Virus record (IMG/VR): IMGVR_UViG_2728369181_000002
Direction: 5' to 3' (one strand)
Length of the DNA stretch: 29,192 bases
DNA from: a virus
Taxonomy: Duplodnaviria; Heunggongvirae; Uroviricota; Caudoviricetes
Shown here: piece by piece, positions 10,174 through 19,953 of the stretch
How positions within the stretch are numbered: the stretch's first letter is position 1
Layout of the letters: every line of letters begins with the position of its first letter
The notes under the pieces: model-generated
What the model was told of the DNA's origin: nothing
Databases searched by the model: none
The model's input: the letters and a program-made list of their open reading frames with translations, nothing else
Program-made: the position numbers and the translations under genes

Positions 10174-10307
10174 CGGTGTTCACCTTTTTATTCACGCGCC
10201 GGATATCACCCGCTGCTTCACGGCGCAGCCAGTAGTTGTTCTCATCAACATTTCGCCCTTCGGCGGGCAAAAGGTCGCCGCGGGCAGGGTCAGGAACTGA
10301 CCGCCCT

Positions 10308-10892
10308 TTAACAGGTTTGACAAACATGAGGATCCTCAGGAAGGGTTATTTCGGTGTGATGTTCTATATCGCCGTCAGGCCCGTTACCGGGCTCGAGATA
10401 ATCAACATCAATCGCCAGCGTTTGCAGTTCATCCAGACTGTTCAGATCATCCTGCTGGCGGGTATCGTCTTCAGTCAGCTCGCTGATGACCGAAAAATCG
10501 AACTGATAAATCAGCTCATGACGATTCAGATCCAGCAGCGTGCCGCCGTCATAGGTAATCGGGTTACCGCACGCCTCCGGGTTCCAGCCCAGCAGAGCCT
10601 TAAAGAGCATCTGCCGAACATCGTCCACCACATCATACGAGGCAAACTGACCGCGCTCATCACGCCCGTTACTCAGTATGACAACCACGGAGAAACCCTC
10701 TTTCAGCACCTGCCAGTAGTCGGTCTGGCTTTTGTTTTCTCCCGGAGAATCATCACCCGGTACAACATATGCCGCCGGGAGTTTCAGCTTTCCGACCTCC
10801 GGCAGATTTTTGAACTGGGCCGCGCCTGCAACCCGGTTTTCAAAATACGGACAGCGGGCACGCAGTGCAGCAATAACAGGCGTCAGTTTCAT
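10308..10892 (-). CDS. virion structural / tail completion protein (hypothetical)
   Basis: 194-aa acidic ORF between head-completion genes and the sheath gene; function assigned by position only. Confidence 0.4.
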   Translation of the reverse strand: MKLTPVIAALRARCPYFENRVAGAAQFKNLPEVGKLKLPAAYVVPGDDSPGENKSQTDYWQVLKEGFSVVVILSNGRDERGQFASYDVVDDVRQMLFKALLGWNPEACGNPITYDGGTLLDLNRHELIYQFDFSVISELTEDDTRQQDDLNSLDELQTLAIDVDYLEPGNGPDGDIEHHTEITLPEDPHVCQTC

Positions 10893-11395
10893 CTGTGTCG
10901 TCGCTCCGGCTTCAGTGATTTACGCAATTCCCGCGCCAGAAAATAGCGTGTCCAGCTGCGGTTCTTTTCAAGAGTTTCCACCATGAAGTTATTACGTGGA
11001 GCCAGTCGCCAGCCGCTGCCACCGGATGCACCACGATGATGACTACGACGACGTTTTGCTCCTCCCCGGACACCAAAAAACAGAAACGCCGGATAGAAGT
11101 CACCAGAGATCATCCGGTTCCCCTTCCCGTTGTGCTGGTTAGGGGCAATGCGTGTCATAAAACCGGCTCGCTTTTTACTGGCTCTCGGCACCATGTAACC
11201 AATCGAACGAGCCAGGCGTCCGGTCTGATAACCGGGGTTTTCACCCGGTGCCGACCGCGCACGGCGCATCACCAGCCGACGGGCATCACGCATATGACGC
11301 TGCCCAATCGTGATAAACGCCCGCCGGACACGGGCGCGGTTAAAGCGCATCTCCGCGGGCTGCTGAACATCAACGTGAAAAAAGGGAGTCGCCAT
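10889..11395 (-). CDS. virion morphogenesis / neck protein (hypothetical)
   Basis: 168-aa basic ORF with ATG at 11395..11393 preceded by GGAGG; lies in the head-tail joining block. Confidence 0.4.
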   Translation of the reverse strand: MATPFFHVDVQQPAEMRFNRARVRRAFITIGQRHMRDARRLVMRRARSAPGENPGYQTGRLARSIGYMVPRASKKRAGFMTRIAPNQHNGKGNRMISGDFYPAFLFFGVRGGAKRRRSHHRGASGGSGWRLAPRNNFMVETLEKNRSWTRYFLARELRKSLKPERRHR

Positions 11396-11780
11396 TGCTG
11401 CCTCCGTGACTCTGCGTAAATTCGCCCAGCTCCGTACACTCCAGCAGCAGAAAGCGCCGCGCCCCGTTCAGATCGCGCTGACGTTTCACCCGGTACACAC
11501 TGTCACCGCAGACCACCTCATAATCAGCGGTAATCCCCCGGCGGTAACGAATGGTGATGTAATGGGTGATGGCGTCCCCGGTCTGCGCGGTTTCCTGCCA
11601 GGTGGTGGCACTGGTCTGGATAACCTTCGCCCATGTCCGGAACGTAATCAGGTATTGAGGCTCCACGCCAAAGTTATCCGCGGGCATATCCACCCGCAGG
11701 CGGATCAGGACGCGTTTATTCAGTTCACCGGGGTCCGGCAGAATGTAGGTTGCGCTGGTCTGCGCCTGACGAATTTTCAT
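11370..11780 (-). CDS. head-tail joining protein (hypothetical)
   Basis: 136-aa ORF in the head-tail connector block; overlaps both neighbours. Confidence 0.4.
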   Translation of the reverse strand: MKIRQAQTSATYILPDPGELNKRVLIRLRVDMPADNFGVEPQYLITFRTWAKVIQTSATTWQETAQTGDAITHYITIRYRRGITADYEVVCGDSVYRVKRQRDLNGARRFLLLECTELGEFTQSHGGSNGDSLFSR

Positions 11781-12100
11781 TGCGGAAAGTACCTGTACGG
11801 GCCGACAAGCCAGCCAAAACTCTGCGGCATGTCGAGTTTCTCCACTTCCGTAACCGACGAGCGGTTTTCGTAAAAATGGCTGATAAGCATCAGCATCCCC
11901 AGACGAATATCATCCGGCAGGTGCAGCCCGTCCGGATCGCTGTCCGGAATGGTTTCATCCGGTGCATAGAGCTTCCGGTTCAGATACGTTTCCGTCCGCT
12001 TTTGTGCCGCACAGGCCAGCAGTTGCAGATGGCGGTCATCAGCATCGAAATCCTCATCCAGCCGGAGTTGGGCTTTAATCTCTTCCATTGTCAGAAGCAT
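11777..12100 (-). CDS. head-tail connector (gp6-like)
   Basis: 107-aa ORF starting MLLTMEEIKAQLRLDEDFDADD, resembling the N-termini of gp6-like connector/DNA-packaging proteins; downstream of the capsid gene. Confidence 0.5.
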   Translation of the reverse strand: MLLTMEEIKAQLRLDEDFDADDRHLQLLACAAQKRTETYLNRKLYAPDETIPDSDPDGLHLPDDIRLGMLMLISHFYENRSSVTEVEKLDMPQSFGWLVGPYRYFPQ

Positions 12101-12102
12101 AC

Positions 12103-12303
12103 TCAGCCCTCTTTACTGGTCGTGGCTTTTTTCTCTTTTGCCGCTTTACTGCTTTTTGCACTGATTCCGCGCTCTGCTAACCCGGCCTGAAGTGCAATCT
12201 CCTGCACCCGGGCAGGAAGCGCCCCATCGTCATACTCACCGGCCCGAATGACCTCAACACGCATACCGTCCGGTGACCATTTCAGATCTTGTTTCAGGAT
12301 CAT
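12103..12303 (-). CDS. small hypothetical head-associated protein
   Basis: 66-aa ORF with a Lys/Ala-rich tail, between the capsid and connector genes. Confidence 0.35.
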   Translation of the reverse strand: MILKQDLKWSPDGMRVEVIRAGEYDDGALPARVQEIALQAGLAERGISAKSSKAAKEKKATTSKEG

Positions 12304-12325
12304 GATTCTTCACCCGTCAGAACAG

Positions 12326-12345
12326 GGGGCGCGGTTCCGCGCCCC
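12326..12345 (-). other. GC-rich stem-loop just downstream of the major capsid gene
   Basis: GGGGCGC / GCGCCCC arms (up to 9 bp) directly after the capsid stop codon (12353..12355); no U-tract follows on the coding strand. Confidence 0.45.
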
Positions 12346-12352
12346 TGAGTGA

Positions 12353-13558
12353 TTACGCCGCTGCAATCTTCAGCAGTTTGATGGCCTGCGAATCGACCAG
12401 CATCCCGCCGGTGCGCTTGGTGGTATAAAAACCGACAAACGGTTTATTGGTGTACGGGTCACGCAGAATGCGGGTGCCGATACGGTCAACGATGGTGTAA
12501 CCCCGTTTGAAGTTACCAAATGCAATGGCTTTCGCATCAGCGGCGATATCCGGCATCTGTTCGTTTTCAGCGATACCGTAACCCGCCAGAGAGGACGGCT
12601 GCCCCAGTTCCAGCCCCGGACGCCACAGATAGTTACCCTCGCTGTCTTTAAGCAGACGGATGGCAAACAGGCTGTTGTTGTTCATCATGAACTTCGCGCC
12701 AGTGCGGTGTGCCTTACGCAGCGTGTAAATCAGTTTGATAATGGCGTCTGCGGTCACCGCCGTCGCTTCGCCGGATACAATATGCTGAAGTTTGCCGAAC
12801 GCCCGGACCTTATCGGTTTCATCAGTGGATTCATACGCCAGGAACCCTTTCGGCTTCTTGGTACCATCGCCGGTGGTAAAGGCAATTTCTTCCTGTTCGG
12901 CAAATTCGGTTGCCAGTTCGCTGTTGATCCATGCTTCCACGTTGAAAAAGGCATCATCCAGCATTTTCTGGGTGGCCTGCGGGTTACCGTAGATTTCCCC
13001 CATGAAAGGTTCAATCTGGCCCAGTTTTGAGGTGGCAGTCTGGGAGCGCGCGTCAGTCTCGCCAACCCATCCGGAAGCCGTGCCGCCCAGATTCACCAGT
13101 TTTTTGTAGTCGGAACCACCAACGGTGATCACCGTGGCTTCCTGGCGCATCACCACTTCATCTTTCAGCAGGGTGAGAATGTTGCGATCCAGTGCTTCCG
13201 GCACGGCATAGCCGCCGTCTTCATCGGTGCCCACCTGCAATGCCTTGCGCTCCAGATCGCGCAGACCATCTTCACGGCCTTTACGCAGGAAGCCCACAAA
13301 CGCTTCTTTATGCTCGGTGGCCAGTTTATTTTGCGCACCACCTGCCGGACGTTTCAGCTCAAGCAGCTCTTTTTCAAGATCGCTTTTGAGGTTTTCCAGC
13401 TCGCTGAGTTTCCCGTTCAGGGTTTCCACCTGCCCGGCAAGTTTGCCTTTTTCCTGCTCAATCGCATCCACGCGCTTGTCGTTCTTTGCTTTGAAGTCGT
13501 CAAACTTCTGCTGCAGCTCCTGCGCGACCTGTTCGACATCTTTAATATCAACCGCCAT
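12353..13558 (-). CDS. major capsid protein, HK97-like
   Basis: 401-aa ORF with AGGAGA before the ATG; N-terminal ~100 aa is a coiled-coil delta/scaffold-like domain (ELQQKFDDFKAKNDKRVDAIEQEKGKLAGQVETLNGKLSELENLKSDLEKELLELKR); gene order portal-protease-capsid. Confidence 0.8.
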   Translation of the reverse strand: MAVDIKDVEQVAQELQQKFDDFKAKNDKRVDAIEQEKGKLAGQVETLNGKLSELENLKSDLEKELLELKRPAGGAQNKLATEHKEAFVGFLRKGREDGLRDLERKALQVGTDEDGGYAVPEALDRNILTLLKDEVVMRQEATVITVGGSDYKKLVNLGGTASGWVGETDARSQTATSKLGQIEPFMGEIYGNPQATQKMLDDAFFNVEAWINSELATEFAEQEEIAFTTGDGTKKPKGFLAYESTDETDKVRAFGKLQHIVSGEATAVTADAIIKLIYTLRKAHRTGAKFMMNNNSLFAIRLLKDSEGNYLWRPGLELGQPSSLAGYGIAENEQMPDIAADAKAIAFGNFKRGYTIVDRIGTRILRDPYTNKPFVGFYTTKRTGGMLVDSQAIKLLKIAAA

Positions 13559-13572
13559 CGTATTTCTCCTGA

Positions 13573-14223
13573 TTAGAAGTTCAGATTTTTCAGTGCATTC
13601 AGTGCAGAGCCCACATCCTCAGCGTCGCGCAGGGACAGTGCGCCATAGCCCCCGGCCATGAATGCTTTGGCCTGGGTACGGGAGAGTCCGACATCACGCA
13701 GGACTCTTTCGATTTTTTTCTGTTCGGGGATTTCCCCGCGGGCCAGTGCGTTCTTGACGTCGCTGATCCGCGCCTCGTCGTTAGACGGGAACGTCACCAG
13801 GCTGACTTCCCAGAGGTCGATTTCTTTCAGCAGAAAGGCTTCTTTGCTCCGGTCGTATTCCCAGTCTTTCAGGACGTACCCAATAGAAAGGCCGGTTAAC
13901 GAACCGGCCTTCATGTGTGCATGTGCGCGTTTTGCGAGGGGATCATCATCAATAAGCAACCGTCCCCTGACGTAAAGCCCGACATCGTCTTCCTTCATTT
14001 CGGTGTAAACACCGATGGGTTCATCCATGCGGTGCTGCCAGAGCAGCGCAGGTAACGCTTTTCTGTCACTCCACGCCCGCAGGGAAGCAGCAAATGCCCC
14101 GGACATCACCACATCATCGTGGCTGTCCTTTACACCAAAGACGGAGCCATACCCTTCAAACTCACCGGAGTCACTGACAGATTTCAGACTCAGCGGTACA
14201 TCAAGACGTTGTTTCGTCTGCAT
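13573..14223 (-). CDS. prohead protease (HK97 family)
   Basis: Start placed at ATG 14223..14221 (MQTKQRLDVPL...), which has a GAAGGA ribosome-binding site, rather than the ORF-track start at 14259; position between portal and capsid. Confidence 0.7.
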   Translation of the reverse strand: MQTKQRLDVPLSLKSVSDSGEFEGYGSVFGVKDSHDDVVMSGAFAASLRAWSDRKALPALLWQHRMDEPIGVYTEMKEDDVGLYVRGRLLIDDDPLAKRAHAHMKAGSLTGLSIGYVLKDWEYDRSKEAFLLKEIDLWEVSLVTFPSNDEARISDVKNALARGEIPEQKKIERVLRDVGLSRTQAKAFMAGGYGALSLRDAEDVGSALNALKNLNF

Positions 14224-15442
14224 TGGCGTTATCCTTCTGCTTACCGGCTTTACTGCCATCGGAGGGTTTCGTGGTCATGTTCATCGGTGTGAGATAGACA
14301 TCCCCTCCGGGACGGGGATTCATATCTTCCAGGTCGCGGCAGTCATTGGGAGAGTAAATTCCCCAGTTAATCCCGGTGGCGTAGGCTTCAAAACGGGACT
14401 TCATATCCCCGCGCAGTAACGCCCCGGCGTTAAATTTGGCGTAATAAACGCCCTGCTTACTTTTTCGAACCAGTCCGGTGTTGATCCGCTGCTCGATGCG
14501 GGTCAGATACGGCACCAGTGAATAGTTGATAAATCCCAGCCCCAGCTCTTCAATATTGTTGAAGGTGGCGCGATCGGTGTTCTGCACCATGTGCAACGGC
14601 ACCCGGAACAGACGACAGATTTCTTCAAGCTGAAACTTGCGGGTTTCCAGGAACTGGCTGTCCTCGGCGTTCAGCGCCATCGACTTCCAGTCCAGCCCCA
14701 TCTCAAGGATCATCGGGCGGTGAGCATTGCCAAGCCCGGTGTGACGCTCCTCAAAATCTTTCTTCAGGCGCTCATAAGCCTGATCTGACAGCGTCTGCTC
14801 TGTACGCAACACACCCGACGTCACCGCGCCATTGCTGAACAGTCTGGCCCCGTGCTCTTCGGTCGCTGCCGCCAGCGATATTGCCTCGCGGGCATAGGCG
14901 ATGGGATTCAGCCCCACCAGTCCGTCCAGCGTCAGCGTGCGCACATGCCAGATATCCTCCTGGCTCAGTACATCCGTGGAGCCATCCGGGAATGTGACCT
15001 GATAGACCGGCTCCCAGCTACTGTTAAGCTTCGGTACCACACAGCCGGGATCGACGGGCAGCAGTTCAGCCACTTCGCCAAATGCTTTCACTTTGTAGGC
15101 GTAAAAGTTTCCCCGCAGGCACAGACAGGTGACCACCAGCTCCCAGAACTCCTGCGGCGTCATATAGCCATTGGGATGCGTGGAGATCAGCTTATGCAGA
15201 CGTTCGCCAGTGGCTCTCTGCTTCAGGCTGCCGTTCAGGTGATACAGGTTGCAGGGCAACATCCCGACCGACTCCGCCAGCACCCTAACACAGGAAAAAA
15301 CCGCCGTCAGTCGCATGGCCCGCTGGCTGCTGATCTGCTTTCCGGTATAGGTGTCGTAGGACAACCCGATAGCATCCGCCAGCTCTGCTGGCGTGGTCAC
15401 CGGTGCGTCACTTTTTCGTTGAAATAATCCCGAAAAGAACAC
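14201..15442 (-). CDS. portal protein (HK97 family)
   Basis: 413-aa ORF with GTG start, immediately downstream of the large terminase. Confidence 0.75.
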   Translation of the reverse strand: MFFSGLFQRKSDAPVTTPAELADAIGLSYDTYTGKQISSQRAMRLTAVFSCVRVLAESVGMLPCNLYHLNGSLKQRATGERLHKLISTHPNGYMTPQEFWELVVTCLCLRGNFYAYKVKAFGEVAELLPVDPGCVVPKLNSSWEPVYQVTFPDGSTDVLSQEDIWHVRTLTLDGLVGLNPIAYAREAISLAAATEEHGARLFSNGAVTSGVLRTEQTLSDQAYERLKKDFEERHTGLGNAHRPMILEMGLDWKSMALNAEDSQFLETRKFQLEEICRLFRVPLHMVQNTDRATFNNIEELGLGFINYSLVPYLTRIEQRINTGLVRKSKQGVYYAKFNAGALLRGDMKSRFEAYATGINWGIYSPNDCRDLEDMNPRPGGDVYLTPMNMTTKPSDGSKAGKQKDNANADETTS

Positions 15443-15624
15443 TATTTACCTCCGCCGACAGACGACTGTGTACGGTCGAGATATCGCGCCACCAGCCACG
15501 ACCAGAACAGGCACAACGCCCCGGCAACAACAAACCCCGCCGGGGGATAAATCAGCCAGGCACCATACGCCAGCAAAAGCGCCCCCAGCACGCCCACCAG
15601 AGGCGCGAGAATCAGCATGATCAT
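15442..15624 (-). CDS. small membrane protein (hypothetical)
   Basis: 60-aa ORF with two hydrophobic segments ([45 protein letters not shown]); GAGG before the ATG; between terminase and portal. Confidence 0.45.
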
Positions 15625-15635
15625 AATTACCTCAG

Positions 15636-17369
15636 TTAAAGCGAGCGGATCCCATAGGACTCAATGTGGTCAGACAGCGTGTCTTCTTTCTCGTACAGCA
15701 TGGCTCTGCCAACCGCCATAATCAGCGCAACTGCACCATCGATTTTGTTTTCCGCCTGCTCTTTGACGGGCTTCACCACATCATCGTTACCCGGAATGGT
15801 TTTGCCGACCACGTTGCCGATACACCAGGTCATGATGGGATTGCCATCATGATGAAAGCGCCCCGATTCAATTGCCGCTTCCAGCTCTTTCATCGGGTCG
15901 GACATGTTGGTGTAGTTCTGAATGATAGTGATGGGGTTCAGGTCTTCATCAGCAAGGTCATGTGACAACCCGGTCGCCCCGAAGGGGTCGATGGGTGACT
16001 CACTGACCGGGCTGATTTTGTTCGCCGCTTTGGCCTCCTCGAGGATGTAGCGATAATCCACCTCCGCACCATCGGTAACGGTCAGAACGCCCATTTCCAC
16101 CCATTTCTGAAAGCGTTCGGCTGTCCGTCGATCTTCATTTTTCTCGACGCTGTACACCGTGTCATACGGTACCCAGAAACGCGGGGCCACACTGTAGTAA
16201 TGCGTTTTACCGTCAATATCGCGGGTATAAAGTCGCGCCATGCTGTTCATATCCAGCTTACGCGCCAGGTCAAAGGCCAGAATGCACGGCTGCCCCTCGA
16301 ACTGCTCAAGGGTCAGTGATTTATCCTCGCAGCTCTGCCAGCTCACCAGGTTGAAATACGCCGAACGCGCCGACACCCAGATATTGAGGTGTTTTGTTTT
16401 AAAGACGTTTGCCAGACGGGCGTTATTTTTCGCACGCTGCTGCTGACTTAACAAAAATTCGCGATAAACCGACACGCCAATATTTGGATTGGCTTTTTCC
16501 AGCACCTGCGGGTCGGTCCAGTCGTCACCTTCATCAACGGTATAGATGATCCCGAACAGTTCATCGTTTGGTACCGAACCGTTGAGCATCTCGATGACTT
16601 CCCGCCGTTTGTCGTAGCACGGCCCCTCAATGTTGTACCCGGCGGTGGTGATAGCCCACATCAGTGGCTGACGTCGCGCCCCCATCCCGGTAAGCATCGT
16701 GGTATAAAGCGCATCGGTGGCGTGCTCGTGATATTCATCCACCACCGCACAGTGGGGTGATGAACCATCACCGGGGTTACCGATCAGCGGTTCAAACCGC
16801 GCGCCATCCTCCGGACGGTTCATGTTTGAGGCGTTAACCTCAATCCCGAACGCTTCCGTCAGCATGGGTGTGCGTTTACACATCAGTCGCGCCGGGCGAA
16901 AGACTTCCCACGCCTGTTTCTCTGTCGTGGCACCGGAATACACTTCCGCGCCAAACTCGTTATCACAGGCAAAACAATACAGGGCAACACCGGCAGAGAT
17001 TGCCGATTTGCCGTTCTTACGGGGGATTTCGGTATACACCTCCCGGAAGCGGCGCAGCCGGGACCCTTTATTGACCCAGCCAAACGCACAGCAGATCACA
17101 AAGAGCTGCCACGGCTCCAGCGTGATGGGCATCCTCTTGAATGCCCACTCCCCCTTGGTGTGTGGCAACAGCTGAATAAATTTCGCGGCCCGTTCAGCCA
17201 GGTCCTTGTCGAAGCGGTAACGAAACGACTTACTTTTTTCCGCCATCAGGTCATCAAGATGGCGCTGGCAGGCCTGAATCACAAACTGGCAGGCCACAAT
17301 CTTTCCGCGCACGACATCACGGGCATACTGATTGGCAGCATTTACGTTGGGGTAAGATTTCCGGCTCAT
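15636..17369 (-). CDS. terminase large subunit
   Basis: 577-aa ORF; ATGA overlap with the small-subunit gene; size and position upstream of the portal. Confidence 0.85.
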
Positions 17370-17860
17370 GACTCGATGATTTTCAGAAACGGGTTAGTGG
17401 CTTTCTTCTGCCCCGCCAGGCCAATCAGACGCTGGCGGCTGCTGGGGTCGAGTCCGAGCATTGCCCCCGTACTGCTCATCTCGGACTCCTGTTCTTTTTT
17501 GGCGGTCAGCTCCGGATTTTTGACCATACCGCCCATTGCACCGGTGATGGTGTTGCCCTGTCTGGCAATATTTTTCACGGCACGTCGCCAGAACTCATAG
17601 GCCACACACCACCGCTCAAGCACCGCAAGGTCAGTCACGCACAGCAGGCCCTGACCGCAGAGTTCTTTGGTTGTCAGTTGCCACATGATCGTGGCGAGAG
17701 GAAGCTCTTCTTCAGCGAACCACTCCGGTGGCTCAACACCTTTGATGGGCGTAAAAACAGGTTCATCTTTGTTCAGGGCTCGCTTGCCGGGGTTTCCGGC
17801 CAGCGCCTTGCGCGCCGTTGGCTTAGGGCGACGCCCGGAACGCCCCGCCGTTCCAGCCAT
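17366..17860 (-). CDS. terminase small subunit (P27-like)
   Basis: Start placed at ATG 17860..17858 ([36 protein letters not shown]...), just before the N-run; the longer ORF-track model is an artefact of translating through the gap. Confidence 0.7.
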   Translation of the reverse strand: MAGTAGRSGRRPKPTARKALAGNPGKRALNKDEPVFTPIKGVEPPEWFAEEELPLATIMWQLTTKELCGQGLLCVTDLAVLERWCVAYEFWRRAVKNIARQGNTITGAMGGMVKNPELTAKKEQESEMSSTGAMLGLDPSSRQRLIGLAGQKKATNPFLKIIES

Positions 17861-17876
17861 ATGCGGCACTCCTGGT

Positions 17877-17962
17877 NNNNNNNNNNNNNNNNNNNNNNNN
17901 NNNNNNNNNNNNNNNNNNNNNNNNNNNNNNNNNNNNNNNNNNNNNNNNNNNNNNNNNNNNNN
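17877..17962. other. assembly gap (86 N)
   Basis: Run of N in the sequence, between the HNH gene and the small terminase gene. Confidence 0.99.
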
Positions 17963-18290
17963 TCTTCGCCTTATGACACGGCCAGCACAGACTCTGCAGA
18001 TTACTGTCAGCATCAGTGCCGCCATGCGCTTTAGGGATGATGTGGTCAACAGTTTTCGCCTCACGCACCACACCAGCACGCAGACATAACTGACACAGAC
18101 CTTTGTCACGCTTCAGAACACGCGCGCGGATACTGTCCCACTTCGAACCGTAGCCGCGCTGATGACGGGATTGTCCAGGTTTGTATTGCTTCCAGCCTTC
18201 GCTTTTGTGGCTTTCGCAGTAGCCTGAAGGGTCAGTAGTGGTATGGCGGCAGCCGCGAACACGGCAGGCTTTCGGGGTTCGTGGCGGCAT
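17963..18290 (-). CDS. HNH endonuclease (3' end lost in the assembly gap)
   Basis: ATG at 18290..18288; product MPPRTPKACRVRGCRHTTTDPSGYCESHK...CQLCLRAGVVREAKTVDHIIPKAHGGTDADSNLQSLCWPCHKAK has the Cys pairs and His/Asn pattern of HNH nucleases; its stop is not visible because the ORF runs into the N-run. Confidence 0.7.
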
Positions 18291-18341
18291 TAATGCTTCC
18301 CTTTAAGTTATTACGATGGAACAGACCATAGAAATGGCAAT

Positions 18342-18363
18342 AAAAAACCGCCCGGAGGCGGTT
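18342..18363 (-). terminator. rho-independent terminator downstream of the AT-rich moron
   Basis: On the minus strand, AACCGCC-TCCG-GGCGGTT (7-bp stem) followed by TTTTTT; located 20 bp after the stop of the 18383..18703 gene. Confidence 0.6.
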
Positions 18364-18382
18364 CAATTATCATCTCGATAAA

Positions 18383-18703
18383 CTAAATCAGATCACCAAT
18401 GTATTTTGCACTAATTGAAATTTGCATCTGAGGCATTCCGACCACAGATCCATTTAACAGGTAATCACGTCCTCGTTCCTGCAAAGAAAGACTCAATTCA
18501 AAGTTCTTTACCCCAGGGAAAACCGAGGTGACATTTAAATCATGCTGCGATACGCGCAGAATAAGTTGGCTACCGTCAATTTTTCCCTGATACGTAAAAC
18601 CAAAATCTCCGCCGTTTACTGCATTGTTTTTGACAACTACGGTACCATTACCAAAATCACGTTGATTGCTTCTGAAAACAACAAAATAGATACCATCTTT
18701 CAT
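18383..18703 (-). CDS. hypothetical protein (AT-rich moron between lysis and packaging genes)
   Basis: 106-aa ORF with no signal peptide; AT-rich relative to flanks; followed by its own terminator. Confidence 0.5.
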   Translation of the reverse strand: MKDGIYFVVFRSNQRDFGNGTVVVKNNAVNGGDFGFTYQGKIDGSQLILRVSQHDLNVTSVFPGVKNFELSLSLQERGRDYLLNGSVVGMPQMQISISAKYIGDLI

Positions 18704-18795
18704 GTGTAAAGCCCTTTAAAAGAGTCACCAAAATCAGGTGCTTTGTATCTATTGGGCCATCACATATCAAATCAAGGAACAAAACAAAGTTAACA

Positions 18796-19065
18796 TCATT
18801 TTTTTTGCATGATGTGACCACGCTCAACTTCAATCCTTCTGATGTCAGCTTTATCGGTATTACACTGCGCCAATGCAGACAACAAGGCGACATTCAGATC
18901 TAAGCTCGAGCCCCACGTAAAATGATCAGGTAAATCAGGCTGAGGGGTTTCAGCCGTCAGGCTGGCTGGTAACGGAACTACCGGAACCTGGACGTAAACT
19001 GTTCGCGTACTTCCGCAACCGGTCAGCAGCGGCAGCAGGCACAGGACGTGAAGCACAATCATCAT
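18796..19065 (-). CDS. Rz1-like outer-membrane lipoprotein spanin (o-spanin)
   Basis: Start placed at ATGATG 19065..19060 giving MMIVLHVLCLLPLLTGCGS (lipobox LTGC) followed by a Pro-rich segment; begins inside the Rz gene in another frame and extends past its end. Confidence 0.5.
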   Translation of the reverse strand: MMIVLHVLCLLPLLTGCGSTRTVYVQVPVVPLPASLTAETPQPDLPDHFTWGSSLDLNVALLSALAQCNTDKADIRRIEVERGHIMQKK

Positions 19066-19342
19066 CCGCAACAGCCACTTTGATATCTTCCTGGGTTCTC
19101 TGTGACTCCAGTGCGATCTGCTGTTTTGCATGTTGATTCGCCTCCTGAATGATGTTCGTTATTGCCATAGTACGCAGAACATTTGCGGTGATAGCCTCAG
19201 TAGAATCAGCTCGCTGTTCCGCAGCATCAGCACGCTTCTGCTCCTCCAGAAACTTTCCATGATAGTGATTCGCTGACCAGACAAGACCACCAGCGACACA
19301 AGCAATAAACGTTAAAATGAGCGCCCAATAACTCATCTTCAT
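18950..19342 (-). CDS. Rz-like inner-membrane spanin (i-spanin)
   Basis: 130-aa ORF with an N-terminal transmembrane helix (MKMSYWALILTFIACVAGGLVW) then a charged coiled-coil region; ATGA overlap with the endolysin stop. Confidence 0.65.
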   Translation of the reverse strand: MKMSYWALILTFIACVAGGLVWSANHYHGKFLEEQKRADAAEQRADSTEAITANVLRTMAITNIIQEANQHAKQQIALESQRTQEDIKVAVADDDCASRPVPAAAADRLRKYANSLRPGSGSSVTSQPDG

Positions 19343-19953
19343 ACCAGCAGCGCCGCCCGCGCCTTGTTGTATCGGACCTTACGATCCTCAATACCGTTCA
19401 AACCGCCGTTAATGATGCGCGTAACACGGTTAATATCGGCACCGTAGATCATGCAACCTTTAGAGGTGTAGAACCATGCAGCTGAGCGCGCAGCCTGTAG
19501 TTCCTGTTCCAGTTGTTCAGGTGAAGTCACCAGATCTAACTTCAGCGCCGCGCCACAGATGCGATAATTATGGAGGCCAGTGATTTGAATTAATCCTCTA
19601 CCACGATATTTCCAGCCATCACCTGGTGCTTTGTTACCCAGTCGGTTGCTATACACCAGATTGGCAATAGCATCCTGACGAGCTGCATGTCCGGATGTTC
19701 TGCCAAGGGCATCAGCCTGCTGCTGTGTGATCCTCTTTCCGAACGTCGCCACCAGCGCAGATGGTGTGTAGTTAAAATTTTCAACTACGGCGCTAAACCC
19801 CATCGACTCATGGCCTACCTGAGCGATAAACATTGCCTGATCCGCTGGTGCTGTAATGCCGAATTCCTTCATCGCCGCATCAATGTGCGGAAACCAGCGC
19901 GCAGCCAGCCCGGCGCTAATACCAGCCGCCTTTTGAAATAATTGTTGGTTCAT
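19339..19953 (-). CDS. endolysin, glycoside hydrolase family 19-like
   Basis: 204-aa ORF with FIAQVGHESMGF and GRGLIQITGLHNY segments resembling GH19 catalytic motifs; TAATG overlap with the upstream membrane-protein gene. Confidence 0.75.
   Translation of the reverse strand: MNQQLFQKAAGISAGLAARWFPHIDAAMKEFGITAPADQAMFIAQVGHESMGFSAVVENFNYTPSALVATFGKRITQQQADALGRTSGHAARQDAIANLVYSNRLGNKAPGDGWKYRGRGLIQITGLHNYRICGAALKLDLVTSPEQLEQELQAARSAAWFYTSKGCMIYGADINRVTRIINGGLNGIEDRKVRYNKARAALLV

Noticed and set aside
10174-10307. Possible small gene or hairpin in the 134-bp gap upstream of the sheath gene
   Set aside because: Only a 19-codon ORF and a weak 4-bp stem are present; not enough support for either.
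10236-10946. Plus-strand ORF of 236 aa
   Set aside because: It is entirely antisense to the minus-strand structural gene 10308..10892 and breaks the continuous minus-strand operon; no start context. The same reasoning applies to the other long plus-strand ORFs over the structural region (for example 11406..11873, 13227..13661, 14852..15427).
17366-18109. 247-aa minus-strand ORF spanning the N-run, and the overlapping 17823..18290 ORF with a stretch of X residues
   Set aside because: Both long models exist only because N bases were translated as X. The real genes are the small terminase (17366..17860) and an HNH gene truncated by the gap.
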